64,000 nt of DNA from Phoronis australis (lineage: Eukaryota; Animalia; Phoronida), in the NCBI GenBank assembly GCA_002633005.1, contig NMRA01000130.1, positions 186,001 to 250,000 of the forward strand, in the 5' to 3' direction. The position numbers and the translations under genes are program-made. This document shows, piece by piece, positions 13,001-25,100 of the stretch. Position 1 is the stretch's first letter; each line of letters opens with the position of its first letter. The notes beneath the pieces were generated by a model, which saw only the letters and a list, made by a program, of their open reading frames with translations, was not told the origin of the DNA and ran no database searches.

Positions 13001-16000
13001 TCCACCAGACGGGACAAAGACTTCTCCCCTGTGTACTTTCCTCCCTGTAATGACCACCATGGTATTCATTTCTTCAAATTCGAACAAGACAATTGGTTGT
13101 CAAAACTTATTTTCGTTTTTCAAATGCTCACAGGATGACTGAAAATACTCAACATTTCAGGGTGTGGTAGTGCATGGCAGTTGTGTAATAGCAACTTGGC
13201 TAATAATGATGGTGACTAAAAATGAAATGCCATCGTTCAACCATGGTATGCTCAAAATCGGAGATCCATTACTTAAGTTGGCAAAATGAGAGCAATAAGC
13301 ACACAAGAAGGTAATTGTTATGTATGTGGGGTTCCATTAGAGAGGAGACAAAAGATGCCTCATGGCAAGAAGCTGCACTCTTAATAACGAACTAATAGAG
13401 CAGTTTTGACAATCAGTTACAACACTGAACATACAGAGCCATCTATACTTAGCTAGGAAATACAGAATAGACATACAGCACAGTAATAAAGTGACATTGC
13501 ATTGTGTCAACTTACTCAAGAAAATGAGCAGTGATGAAAATCTACTTCCTATTTTATATTCTGTATAAATGGCATCCAACAATCCTTTTCGAACATTCCA
13601 TGGAGCACACGTAAGCCACACACAATACGAGCAGAAGCATTCATTGCTGCGGTAACGCCAAATACAAGATCCGAATCCAGAGCAGACAAGTGAAAGTCAC
13701 CAGCTCGAACCACAGTGGAATCATGTCCAACAGTTTGGAAGTTGATAGCGCTTCAATACATGAGACATAACTCCCGGGGTATTATCGTCATACTTACGTT
13801 AGGATACATCATGAGGGATGGATAGGAGCGTATCCCCTGTTGTCGACAGAGCATGTTGTCATCCATACAGTTGACGGCACCAATACGAATTACCCCTTCC
13901 AGCTCCCGGGCTACATCACGCCACTAGAAAACGGAATTAATACATGATCGTTAGAATGAGAACAAATCTAGGATGCCACAAGGGGGCGTCAACCACAGTA
14001 GGCGAAGATGAGAATGAGTAACACCTACAAATGCAATGCTGGTTTGCATTTTTTTGTCAAGTCCGATAGGCCATTTACATGTGTAAACAGTGTTGCAAAA
14101 AGCAACACATGGTATACTTTGGCAGTTTCTTCATTATCACAACACTAAATCTATGTGCATCAGGGTCACCAGCACTGTGGCTGCCTTCAATGAACAAACT
14201 GTAATAACCCAATGAATAATGACTTTTAACTACAAGATTGTTTAGAGATTGCTAATACACGATCTTGTTCATAACTGGTTACTTAGTGGGCAAAATATCC
14301 ATAGGTGAAAAACAAGCTTTCTGATAGAATCTGGGAACGTTTAATGTCTGACTTTTTGCAATGCTCTGACAACATGGCTTCAATCAGTGAATCTTAAACA
14401 GTGTCAATGTGAAACCTAAACAGTATAAGTGTGAAATCCTAAACAGTATCACTGAGTAATCCTAAATACTGTCTACAGTTAAATCCTAAACAGTATCACT
14501 GAGTAATCCTAAACAGTGTCTACTGTTAAATCCTAAACAGTATCACTGAGTAATCCTAAACAGTGTCTACTGTTAAATCCTAAACAGTATCACTGAGTAA
14601 TCCTAAACAGTGTCTACTGTTAAATCCTAAACAGTATCGGTGTGAAAAGCTAAACAGTGTCGGTGTGCAATATTATGAATTAGTGAAATTCTAGACAGTG
14701 TCAGCGTGAAAACCTTAGCAGTGTCTACTGTGATATCTTAAACAGTTCCAGAGTGAAATCCCCAACATTGTTAGTGTGAAATGTTAAGCAGTATCAGAGC
14801 GGAATCATAAGAATGAAGTGAAAAATCCTAAACGTATTGTATAAGTGAGAATTATCATCATACACACCATATGTTGCTAACATCACGTGACCTACAGTTA
14901 AGTCTGAAATGATCCCTGTCTCGACTGGGGCTCGAGCCGAGACTTTCTGCTAACTGTACACGGTTAAAAAACACAACTTGTCCGAGTGACAGATGTGACA
15001 ACAGTTGCATATTAATACACAATGGATCAAACTCATCACTTGCATCTGTGGCTAGTGTTATCAATAAATATAGGAATCGTTTTAGAAAGATGTGGGTAAA
15101 CAGTAGGTCAATTGACCCTTTGGAGGACTTATTGATTGGTCACTTAGTATTTTGTCTATTTTTGGCGCAATCCTTTTAGGAGAGGTCATTTCGACGCGTG
15201 TCATTTTGTGATTAGTATTTAATCCACAGCGCCCATTGGCTCGAGTGCACAGTGCACTGATAAAAATTTTATGCACCAGTTACATGGGGCACGCTCCTAA
15301 AATTATTCCTGAACTAAAAACAATATACAGAAGTTTGAAAAGGGGAATTTCGACTTGACACAACTATCACTGTGCGTGGGTTTAACGACGAGACAAGTCA
15401 ATCATTACCGTTGGAGCCAAGTCGTGGCAGTGTCCACACCGAGGTGAGTAGAAGTTGATAAACCAAATGTCATCGGCATTCAGCACTGACTGCTCTGTAA
15501 TCGACAATGTAAACCTCACTTAAATCAACCATTCTTGTTGTTAAGCCAGACGTAAATAGCATTCAGCAGTGACTGATCTGTTAGAAAAGACATCAACAAA
15601 ATTTAGCTCATTTTACAGATTAATTAAAGAAAAACATTCTTATGGATAAATCAGAACAGAAGTCACTGACTCATGATTTTTAGATATTAAATAATAACTG
15701 CACTAGAAGTGTAATGTCTGACCTGGCCAATAGGGGTGCCATGGTATAAAAAGTAAAATGTTGTTTTTACAACAGGGGGCACTAGAGAAGCTAAGTGGTT
15801 GCAAGTGTCAGCAAAAGTACAGTAACACACAATAAGTGCATGGTATTAAAAATTACGATCTTACATCAACTTCCATTAAGAAGGAGTGAGGATGGAAAAA
15901 CGATACCTGGAAACTAAAAACTAAAATTGCCGCAACAGGACATAGTACGAAAATAGCATGTGAGCAAGAAGGCGTGGCAGTTAAACATCCTTTTGAGGTT

Positions 16001-18778
16001 TTGCAAAAATTCATATGATATTTAAAATGAAAAACCAAAGTAAAAAAATAACTGACTCAAAAGACGCAATACTACTCAGCTCCGCGCATGACCTACAGGT
16101 GTTTAAGTGTAGAATTAGCAGTTCGGTTTTTAACCTACCAAAGTCGGAGTGTCCCAATGTGACTATTTCCATATCATCATCATAAATGCCTGAAAAAGAC
16201 CAGAAAATGTGAAAGAAAAGCAAATTTGATTTTCCCATTGCAGCATATAGCAAAGAATTCCCTTATGACTACAGTAATAACTTTACAAAAACCTGCAGAT
16301 TAAAAGTAGTTTCAACATTTTAACATAGACGAAGTTTAAGATTAAAACATGCATTTCATTTTCACAAAATATGGATGCTTGGAATATTTTGAAAAAGTAC
16401 GGCAAATCTTTACAAAACATACTTTAGCATTATATTTGGCATTCAGCATTATTATTAACAGGTTTTGTAAAACATAAGGAACGACAGATCGTGTTCACAA
16501 CGCAGGGTTAGAACCTGAATGTTAAGCTCACCACGAACATTTTGCTTCTAACTTTTGAATCTAGATAAGAAACAAAACTAAGAACTTAAAAACTTTTCAG
16601 ATTTAAAACGCTCTTAAAACGAACCGTAACAAGCATTTTAAAGCTTCTTGTTTCAAAGCTTACAAGCAAGATTAGCAAAACCCGAGACATTACAACCCTT
16701 ATGTGGTAAATTTGAACCCCACAATTCCACCTTTTTATGGCACACGTGTGCAATAATCACGTGCCCACAAAAAGGATTCAATAGTTATGCTATCATTCTA
16801 ACGCAGCACCCAAATGACGCTAGGATCGATCACCAACCAAAATCTTGTTGGTAGAAGTTCCAGCTTTCATATCGTTGGCCTCGCTGGAAATCGTCCTTCA
16901 GACCCTCTTCACCATACTGGTCATATTTCTTGCGCGTTTCTTCATCTTTCAAAACCTCATAGGCGCGATTTATCCGGATGAACTCCTCGTGTGCTTTTGG
17001 ATTATCCTGTGAACAGAGTGAAGCCATCTTATTTTGATTCCTCACTTACATCGAGTTTCATATTTGTTGAGAAACATTCTCTTGTCCGCCATAATGTGCG
17101 CAAAATCGGTGAAGCATGACCGTATGCAAGCACTGTCTTTCACTGCAGTACTGTACAATAACAGCAAACTGTACGGATGATTTTGAAATACCCACTTCTC
17201 GGAATACCACGGCGCCATCTATGGTTATGCGGTATTTACCCACAATTCTTCACATCTGTAGGGCACTTGACCTAACCAGCTAACCAGAATTTTACATTTA
17301 GTATTAGTTTGCCATTCAACGATCCAATACTGATAAACTTTTCACGGTTTCATAGTGAGTTCGTAAGTTGCAATGCAGATTTCGAAATTTTTTGAAGAGT
17401 TAAGTGATGCGTAAACAATTGTTGCTCATTAGCTCCAAAGTGTGTGAACTGCCTAACTTATTGAAAACTAGGTCAGTCATAGAATGCATTTTTCTACTTT
17501 GCAAAAGATGTGGGACTTGAGTGATGTAAAATATATCACTACCCGTCAAAGAAATAATGTCAATGCACAAAGTTTTTGGTTGTCATGACAAGTTGTCTGT
17601 ATCTAATTTAGAAAAAAAAACAGAAAATACCAACTCCACGCTTCACCTTTTCTAGTAGCAAAAAGTCGCGGGATATCAAATGTCATCAATATGCACAATG
17701 TATTCAAAATGTCATTCGCAGCAAGTTCCCATAATTTGTGAAATGTTGATGACAAAGTCAATAGATTCAGGCAGCAATTAACAAGGATTCTGTAATTCAA
17801 CGTTACAGACATAAAAAATATGTAGAGAACAATTAAGCATATTAATGAGTGTGATAACTCAGGCATGGTGGCAGTTTTTGATCAAACACTTGTTAATATT
17901 GATCAGTGCCGGAACACTTTTTACTAGGAGAGGTTTACTGTTAGCAAAGCAAGTATGTTAGATCAAGGGTATACCATTTTAGGGTACAATATGGCAGGCA
18001 AGTGATACGCCATTTTTTCATGCTTTTCCATGTTCAAGTTCCGCACTTTAGCTATGTACCACCAAACAATATTTTGAAAAATTGTAGACATTCACAGCAA
18101 TGTTGGAAGACTGTCAAAAATGAAAAAAAAAACTTTTGACAAAACCCTTTTGTCCGAAAGTGCCGAGATTGTAGAGAACAGTATTTGCACCTCGGCTTGC
18201 ACGAAATAATGAAATTGATAACCGACGTGCAACATTAAAACAAAAGAGGATTGGACACGTCAGGCAGTATATCGAATCAAGTCACGCATTGTTTGTCACA
18301 TTTAGGATTGCAAACAACAGTTCTTTAATAAAATGCGCGACTTCACATGAACATTATGGACAAAAGCATTTTATTGCTTAAGTTAAAATAACAAAAAATG
18401 CAACCTGACATGAAATCTGCTGGCAAAACATAAACAGTGGCTTTACACAATAATAATTCACGGCTAGGAAACATTTTACCAAGCAACTACAACAGAATTG
18501 TTTTCAAATCAAAACAAGAAAAGTCTCTAAATAACAACTAATCCAAATTTGTTAAACAAATAACGAGTCCGTACTGTATTTTTGTCAGGATGTTTGCTCA
18601 GAGCCAACTTCTTGAATGCCCGTCGTATTTCCCTGTTATCCGCATCCTTCTTAATACCCAACAACTCGTAGAAGTCTTCACTCAATACACAGCGTATGCA
18701 CAGCATACAGGATAGCAGTAGCAGTACAACTCCACTAGAAGTGTTGACAATGTTCTTTGGAGATAGCAGATGTACCAT
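1044..18778 (-). CDS. DNAJC10: DnaJ homolog subfamily C member 10 (ERdj5), ER-luminal J-domain/thioredoxin disulfide reductase, ~786 aa, 18 coding exons
   Basis: Exons 5'->3': 18575-18778, 16838-17006, 16139-16189, 15409-15494, 13798-13923, 12879-13044, 11175-11218, 10751-10873, 9651-9857, 9243-9354, 8230-8366, 7305-7421, 6670-6771, 6169-6324, 5777-5910, 3697-3898, 2334-2462, 1044-1139. All introns are GT-AG with matching phases. Signal peptide, J domain (EDFYELLG...HPDKN...[14 protein letters not shown]), Trx sites RCGHC, WCPPC, WCGPC, WCGPC, and C-terminal ER-retrieval RDEL*. Confidence 0.97.
1559..1706. repeat. Inverted repeat, 61-bp arms (1559-1619 / 1646-1706, 3 mismatches), 26-nt spacer, hammerhead-like core in each arm
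   Basis: Arm sequence GCTTC-CTGATGA-T-GGTTT-ta(g/t)gccaat-AAA(C/T)C-GAAA-T(A/G)TTTTCATTTTCAACTTTCTCCTG. A 12-bp direct repeat TGAGGAATTTCA lies at 1516-1527 and 1705-1716. Confidence 0.85.
1798..2032. mobile_element. Short TIR element (MITE), C(A/G)GTA-ended, Tc1/mariner-pogo-like
   Basis: TA|CAGTAGAATCTCAACAAATTTAGGACA ... TGTCCGAAATTGCCGAGGTTTTACCG. Related sequences lie at 3381-3593, ~18030-18170 and 63192-63410. Confidence 0.6.
2551..2757 (-). mobile_element. tRNA-derived SINE, family B, copy 1
   Basis: Minus-strand head AGGAGGCAGTGTGGCCTAACG (A box) ... GGGTTCGAGTCCC (B box). Colinear with the copy at 23859-24075. Confidence 0.7.
2763..2822. repeat. 18-bp tandem repeat x3 (CCAAGGATAGCAGACGT[A/T])
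   Basis: Directly visible. Confidence 0.9.
3381..3593. mobile_element. TA-flanked MITE (CAGTAAAAAT ... ATTTTTACCG)
   Basis: Short inverted termini with TA on both sides. Confidence 0.5.
4653..4860. repeat. ~22-bp minisatellite (ATGCCACGCCCACTTACTGAAA), ~9 decaying copies
   Basis: Repeated CACGCCCACTTA core. Confidence 0.9.
5098..5446 (-). mobile_element. 3' fragment of a Penelope-like retroelement (GIY-YIG endonuclease C-terminus plus 3' terminal repeat region)
   Basis: Minus-strand peptide ...[32 protein letters not shown] matches the L-x-I-x-E-A-L-x-I...KP-x-LN-x-Q end of Penelope GIY-YIG domains. It is followed by a hammerhead motif. Confidence 0.8.
5124..5171 (-). ncRNA. Minimal type I hammerhead ribozyme motif (Penelope-associated)
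   Basis: Minus strand reads GACTT-CTGAGGA-T-GGTGT-ttaataaatg-ACACC-GAAA-CATGTC-CAGT: CUGANGA and GAAA cores, stem II GGUGU/ACACC, short palindromic stem III (ACAUGU), GUC cleavage triplet. Confidence 0.7.
8577..8783 (-). mobile_element. tRNA-related interspersed repeat, family A, copy 1
   Basis: Minus-strand B box CCCGGGTTCGAATCCCGGTCAGG. Colinear with 20648-20847 (CATGCCA..TCACATCACA, GTCTGAAAAGA, ACAGAAATCCAA, GTGCATA). Confidence 0.65.
11708..12733. mobile_element. Non-autonomous hAT-type DNA transposon (spans the 100-N gap 12273-12372)
   Basis: Perfect 14-bp TIR CAGGGACTCATCTA / TAGATGAGTCCCTG and perfect 8-bp TSD GTTCCAAG (11700-11707, 12734-12741). Confidence 0.9.
14390..14850. repeat. 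Minisatellite with alternating 23/24-bp monomers (47-bp higher-order unit) and degenerate flanks
   Basis: AATCCTAAACAGTATCACTGAGT alternates with AATCCTAAACAGTGTCTACTGTTA across ~14435-14637. Confidence 0.9.
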
Positions 18779-19170
18779 GACTAGAGATTCTCTGACACTT
18801 TGTTCTTGAGGCCTGAAATGGGAATTACGAGTACAGAAATTAGAAACGCAGCCAGTTTTACAGTACTTTGTTCTTTGTCAATAGTAATGTACAAACACGG
18901 CCGGAACCATCCCATGACAGTATTATGAAGCTGACCTAAATCTGTGTCCAGACAAACTCATTCAAAAGTTGTGACTGTCATGTCATCGTTACCAATCACA
19001 CCAACAGGTATAACTGTTATATCTCTCATGGTTTTACTCGCTAATCCCTCTCCGAGTCAGCCAATTACTGCGTCAGTGTCCAATTGTTTCCAACTATATT
19101 TGACGACAGTGCCACCTACTGAGTTATAGCATTTACAACTGCTGTGTTCATACCGAGTTACAACGGTTAT

Positions 19171-19331
19171 CAGTGGCGGATTTAGAGACGGGCCAAGAGA
19201 GCCATGGCCCCCCTCAAAATAATCCCAGATTCCATTTGGCAGTTCGGGGATGGGAATGTCTGACAGGCAAAATCCTGGCTATCTGCCCTGCTCCCTGCTA
19301 CCCCCAACTCAAAATTCTGGATCTACCCCTG
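19171..19331. mobile_element. MITE with CAG(T/G)GGCGGAT termini and 5-bp TSD
   Basis: GTTAT|CAGTGGCGGATTTAGA ... TCTGGATCTACCCCTG|GTTAT. Related ends lie at 28854-28868, 40981/41852, 45539-45694 and ~48906. Confidence 0.75.
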
Positions 19332-20647
19332 GTTATAACCATGCTACAGTTGCAATGATTGCATTATAGTTACAACTACATAAAGAGTGACAGCTTGGTT
19401 TAATTCTCACACAGCTTTTGATCAGTGTTCGTAATAATGCTATGACATGGTGCTGGCTGTTCTTGTTTGTACGAAACAGGCAATTATCACATCAACATTT
19501 TGAAGTGTGGTAGATAATTGGCTAGTGGACTGATGCTGGATAAAAGGCAGATGGAAAAGCTTAACAATAGCTCAAATTGATACCTCAATCAGAAAACCAC
19601 TCTCTGTCTTAGGATGAAACTAGGGCAACAGCTGTTTTTATCATTGTGTGCATTGCATTTAAGTGCCAAGAAAAGCAGCTTTAGGTTATTAATGCAACTA
19701 TTATTAAAATCTCTTGGTCTAATTAAACCGACATCTTGTCTATTTACACTGTGGTGTCGCGTAAATAGACAAGAGGTCGGTGTAAATAGACCAAGAGATT
19801 TTAATTGTAACAAGCCACCACCTCAGAGCGGTTTTAGAAAGTCAGGTAATAACTAAAGTACTTAGAAATTGTATATGCTTTAATTTTCTGCTGATGGCCA
19901 ACCTCACATTTAACTTTAATAAGTTTTCAAGGTCACTGGAGACTTCAGGCACAAGATTTAAATTAAAATTCTGCTAATTCATATTAAAGCACAGTATTAA
20001 GGTTGTATTTCACTCTATTTAGCTGGCTAAAACACAAAAATCGAATTTGGCCTTTTAATATTCCTTTGACCTGATAGGGTTCTACTTCCATTTAAAACAA
20101 GAATATCCCCGCAGGTTTGGCAGGCATGATAAAAGCAAGGACAGTTTCACTATTACTGTAGGTGTCGCTGCAGTCAAAATTTTAAGCCACTTCTTTGATT
20201 CCAATTTTGATGTTTTCTCAAAGACAAGTGATTAGACATTCACAAAAAGAATATGTAACTTGATAGCTCACATGTGTGAGAAATCCTAGCTTGATAAAAT
20301 TTGCTTTTTTAACAAGCAAATTTTCAAGTCCTATTTTGCCGCTGTTTAGTTGTCTGTGTTCTTAACCAAAATTCTCAGTTGGTAGACTTCTTCTTGATTT
20401 GATGGGCAAAAATTACACATCGGCTCAAATACCAATTACGGAAAGAGTCACATAATTTTGTTGTGAGCATTTTGTTCATTCAAACAAATCAAAAAGTCAA
20501 ATCCCACATTAACTTTTGTTTCCTAATAACATTGTAGTAAAAAAAATTGACTTATTGCTTATGGTCGTACATTATCTAGAGACACACCAGACCACGTACA
20601 TGTCCATAACAATAACATTATTTGATTACATACACATTTCTAAGTCT

Positions 20648-20847
20648 GCATGCCACCTGTTAGTCACATCACAAGACCAAATGAACATGCCAATGAGTCT
20701 GAAAAGACGTCTGCCCCTGACCGGGACTCAAACCCAGGACCTTCTGCACACGCTCTAGCCACGGCGCCATCGGAATCACCGGTCTAACACAGAAATCCAA
20801 TCAGACTTAACAGTAGCCATCCCACCCATCAACACGTGGGTGTGCAT
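20648..20847 (-). mobile_element. tRNA-related interspersed repeat, family A, copy 2
   Basis: Minus-strand CCTGGGTTTGAGTCCCGGTCAGG. Homologous to 8577-8783. Confidence 0.6.
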
Positions 20848-21687
20848 AAATAAGTAAATCTTGCAACGATATCATTTGTTTACAAGTAATCAGTCTAACC
20901 ATAATTTTTATAATGTTTTTGACCAATAGTTGAAAACTGATAATAAATACCATGTAATGGGGGTATTTACAATTTAGATGTGCTTATATTTGAGTTTAGG
21001 CAAATGAATCCAATTTTTTTAGCCAGCATGCTTTTGAAAGAGAACATCTCCACTATTTAATTTAATAACTACCGATGTCGAAGTCTAAACCAAAGTTCTT
21101 TGGGGTTTAAACATTACCACGCTCATACGATCCTGAATTGTTGCTGAATGAGCTGGCAACTCAAGTCACAGTCAATGCATACTTGCACCATTTTCAATTT
21201 CGCAATTTTAGGGTTGGCCAACTTAAAAAATCTCTTCAAGGTATAGACCTCAAATTATCCTATATAAGAGGGTAAAACTTGAAACGGGATCAAAAGCACC
21301 TCCCAGTGAATGCTCCCACCAACTCCTCTCTTACATCATCACCTTAGTACTCTAACATCGTACCAGCTTCTGATACCAGACACAAACTAAACCGAATACA
21401 GTGGCTGTTATTCAACTGCCAAAGACATTTTCAAGAAGCACAATTAGTTGAAGAAGCACAATTAGATGTCTACATTTTTCACTGATGCAACCAATTTTGC
21501 CTCACTAACAACATTTAATCAATCAATGGACATTGGCGTGAATGCCATATGCTCCAAGCTTGACACTAGAATTGAAGCACCCGTCAACACATGACTTGTC
21601 ACTTGTCATTTTTTCGCTGAACTTGAACCAACAATGACAGGTCAACACAGGATAAGAAAAAAACAACAACTTCAACAAAAAACTCAC

Positions 21688-21900
21688 CTTCAATATTTTC
21701 TTGTTCCTACAACTTCCCCACTTTCACCGCTTTCACCCAAAAAGTCACATGGGAATGGACCACATTAAGCAAAAACGTATAAATTTACAGGCCTTCAAAC
21801 ACCACCTACAGTCACTGTCAATTTGCAATGTGATAACGTGTACATTGTGCCAGGACAACAGCAGAACTATCCCGTAAGCGAAGGATTCGTGTCTCGGCAA
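21688..21900 (-). other. Probable non-coding 5'UTR exon of DNAJC10 (upstream boundary uncertain)
   Basis: The first coding exon has an acceptor (tttcAG) at 18813-18814 upstream of the ATG, so an upstream exon is expected. A good minus-strand donor AAG|GTGAGT lies at 21688/21687. Confidence 0.5.
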
Positions 21901-22164
21901 GACAAAATCATACTACTTTACCTTTTTATTGCTTAATTTATGTGAAAAGGCAATTTTCTCACAGTATGTTGCATTAGGCATAATCTGTTTTATCACAAAT
22001 CATTAAACATTCAACTTGAGAGGTGAAGGTCAGCGAAATACCCAGAAATCATTGCGCTGCCACGTAAGCGGCCATATTGGATTTACGACGATTTTTAATG
22101 CATATTTGACGAAGTTTCTTGATTCAACTTTGTTACCAACTTCAATTTGGACGTTTAATTCGTC
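21900..22164. promoter_or_regulatory. Putative bidirectional promoter between DNAJC10 and GORASP
   Basis: Divergent gene orientation with <500 bp between the DNAJC10 UTR-exon donor (21688) and the GORASP ATG (22165). GCCACGT at 22059-22065 and ATTGG (reverse CCAAT) at 22076-22080. Confidence 0.5.
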
Positions 22165-25100
22165 ATGGGGGGTTCCCAGAGTGTAGAGATTCCAGGAGGT
22201 GGATCTGAGGGCTATCATGTTTTAAGGGTAAGTTGCACCCATCTATTTTCAGCTGCCTGTCTCGGCGTCCGTTGTGTTGTGCCGGTGGGTTATTTAGTGA
22301 AGATTGTCATTCATGTCAATTTGATGCAAGAACAAATTACTGTACATTTACATGTACTCGAATGAAGAAAAAGTTATTTGTGTGCAAAAAATTATATACC
22401 AGTTTTTGGCAGTTATATTGTGACACCTGATCCACCTGCTTTTGCCTTTGGCGTTGTCGGTTGTCTGTGACACTGCCACTGCCAGGCACTGCCTGGCATC
22501 TCCTTACTGCTGGCTCTAGCTGAAGTGATATTAGAGCGACCTAATTCCCTGTCTTGCTATGTACTTGTGTAAGAACCGTGGATATATTTTGAACAGAAGA
22601 ACTAATTTTGTTCTGCATCTGTTCTCGATTCCAGTTCTAGTTTTTGCATATTAAGACATATTTCGCCAAAAAATACTAATCAATAATGTGTTTATTCGTG
22701 CACAAGTTCTCACACGGTCTTACCTTGACTCATCTACTGGTCGCCATAGAGACGGTGAAGCTCCTGTCTAGGCGCTTCATACGCCGGAAGCTTTTCTTCG
22801 AATTATGCCTCACATTGATTAAAACACCAAAGTCACGCATAGAGGGACATCTTTAATTCCTTCCAACATGAACAAATACTCCCATAATCAAACTTTCTTT
22901 CAAGCAGTCCTTTTTTTGCAAAGTATAACACAATGACATAGGTTAGTGTAGTTCAAAATGTGTGTAACCAGAGAATCTCAAGTCATTGTGTCCTGCCATC
23001 TAGATACTAGAATGTTCCATGTCGTGAGTTCTAAAAATTACTTTCCGAAATGGAGTCTTGTGATAGAAAATCAGCATGACCTGAAATTTTATGAGCTTCA
23101 TCTGAAGAAAAAGCATATTGTTAGTTCTTAACAAGCTGACCGTTTAAATAAGGAACAACCTAAGAACACTTTCATAATGATGAAATTAAAACATCTTTTT
23201 AGGCAGTAAGCATCATTTTAGTGCTGTTTTAAATTTTCAGAACTCCATCAATTTTGTATCTGTGAAACATTCAGTAAACCACAGTGATTTATTTTGTGTG
23301 TAAGATATCCTGTTGAATGTACCCATGTGGTTGTTTACTTTCAGGTTCAAGAAGGCTCCCCCGGTCACAGGGCTGGGCTCGAAGCATTTTTTGACTTTAT
23401 CGTTGCCATTGGCAACACAAGACTTGTAAGTTACCTATGATTTGTCCTTTGAATCATTTCTAGGGCTGCAATGAGCAGGTCCCAAGTTGTGGAATTATGA
23501 TATTGGTCAATTAGTAATTGAATAATGTAAATTTACCTTTTGGAGTCACGAAGTTGCCGCATTCAGTGTCCTAAATTTGCTGGCATTTGAATTGGAAGAC
23601 ACTCACTTGAACTTTTTCTCATTAACCTGAAAAATAATTGAAAAAGGCAAATTAAAGTAATGCATTTCTTGAGAAATATACGCGCAGTTGTTCAACTTCT
23701 GATTGAATACATCACTCGTTTTGGCAGTAATGTGGAGAAGTTGTGCAGAAAACGCAAACCTAGAGTGCCGCGGTCCTTAGTTTGAAAGACATGCTCATTT
23801 GAATTTCTGTAGTTTTCCTTAGTGACTATAAACTCAGATTAAAAATAATTGCTGGCGATCTAGTACATGTTGTACCAGTTATGCGCAAGCCGCTCAGGTG
23901 ATCCCATTGCACTGATCGCCTGGAGCCATTTGTATGCTCAATTGCTGTATAATTAAAACCGAGCTGAGGAGCTTGAGACCTGACTCCGGGGTCCAGCTAT
24001 GGGCCTCAGTGGGACTAAACCCATGACTTAGGGTAAGGATAGTGGACACTTATCCCTCCGGGTCACACTGCCTCCTCTCTAAATGCAGACCACACTGCCT
24101 CCTCTAAATGCAGACCACGCTGCGTCGTGGTCTCGCGTTGTTGAATAGCGTGTAGATCTATTGTTCAGAAGAGTGTTGTTTTGTTCCAGAATCAAGATAA
24201 CGACAGCTTGAAAGATCTGCTGCGCAACAACGTGGAGAAAGAGGTGAAGCTCAGCGTGTATAGCAGCAAGACCCAGAGTCTGCGCGAGACCAGCATTGTG
24301 CCGAGCCACAACTGGGGCGGACAGGGGTTACTAGGGGTCAGCATCAGGTGAGTCGGCGGATGGTCCTTTGCGAGCATTCTGTGTGATATAAGTAGGTAAG
24401 GAGTTATCCTTACCTTTGAGAGTGCAGAAGTGACCCCTGCTTGATCCAAGTTCAAACTTGGCTGAGGTCACAAACGAGAAGCGTGTTTCTTTCATTCACA
24501 AATATTTCGTAGCGTGTGGTTTTGTGTGAGAGTTATTTGAACATCCCGCTGCATTGCAGAAGCAACTTATTCTCCACGGTGATCTCTAATAATTTTAAAG
24601 TGCCATGAAATTACAAAACCTCGAATGTCCATCTGCCAAAAACTCTATTGCCATCTTGTGATTCAAGTTTTTTCAAAATGTCAATACCGTCGTGCTGTGT
24701 CAGAAAATGGCTGTTAACTCAGTCCCAAATTCTGGCATGCAGTACTGTTCATTCAAAACTGCCAAAAATTTATTGGGCCGGATAAACTCCAACTTGCACT
24801 CTGTAGTTCACTGGGATTATTGATTTTTCCTTTTTATTACTTTTTGACGAGCAGCTGTCAGGTGCTTCATATTTGTTCTTGTGTATTGAGAAAATTCGAT
24901 GTTCATTGCACGGCTGGTTTATCAGTATTTCTTGTGCTCTGGGGATCACTTCAAACATTAACTTCGTAAATTGATGTATGCCACCTGTTTTTGTCAACAA
25001 CTGCTACGTCCGATCTTTGCGTCTTATGATTATTTCCCAGTTTGTGAATTTTTTGAAGACTTTAACAAATATATGTGGTTTTAAAAGACATTCTTATTAT

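Noticed and set aside
14435-14640. Regular palindromic repeats resembling a CRISPR array
   Set aside because: No unique spacers, eukaryotic intron context, no cas genes; it is a minisatellite.
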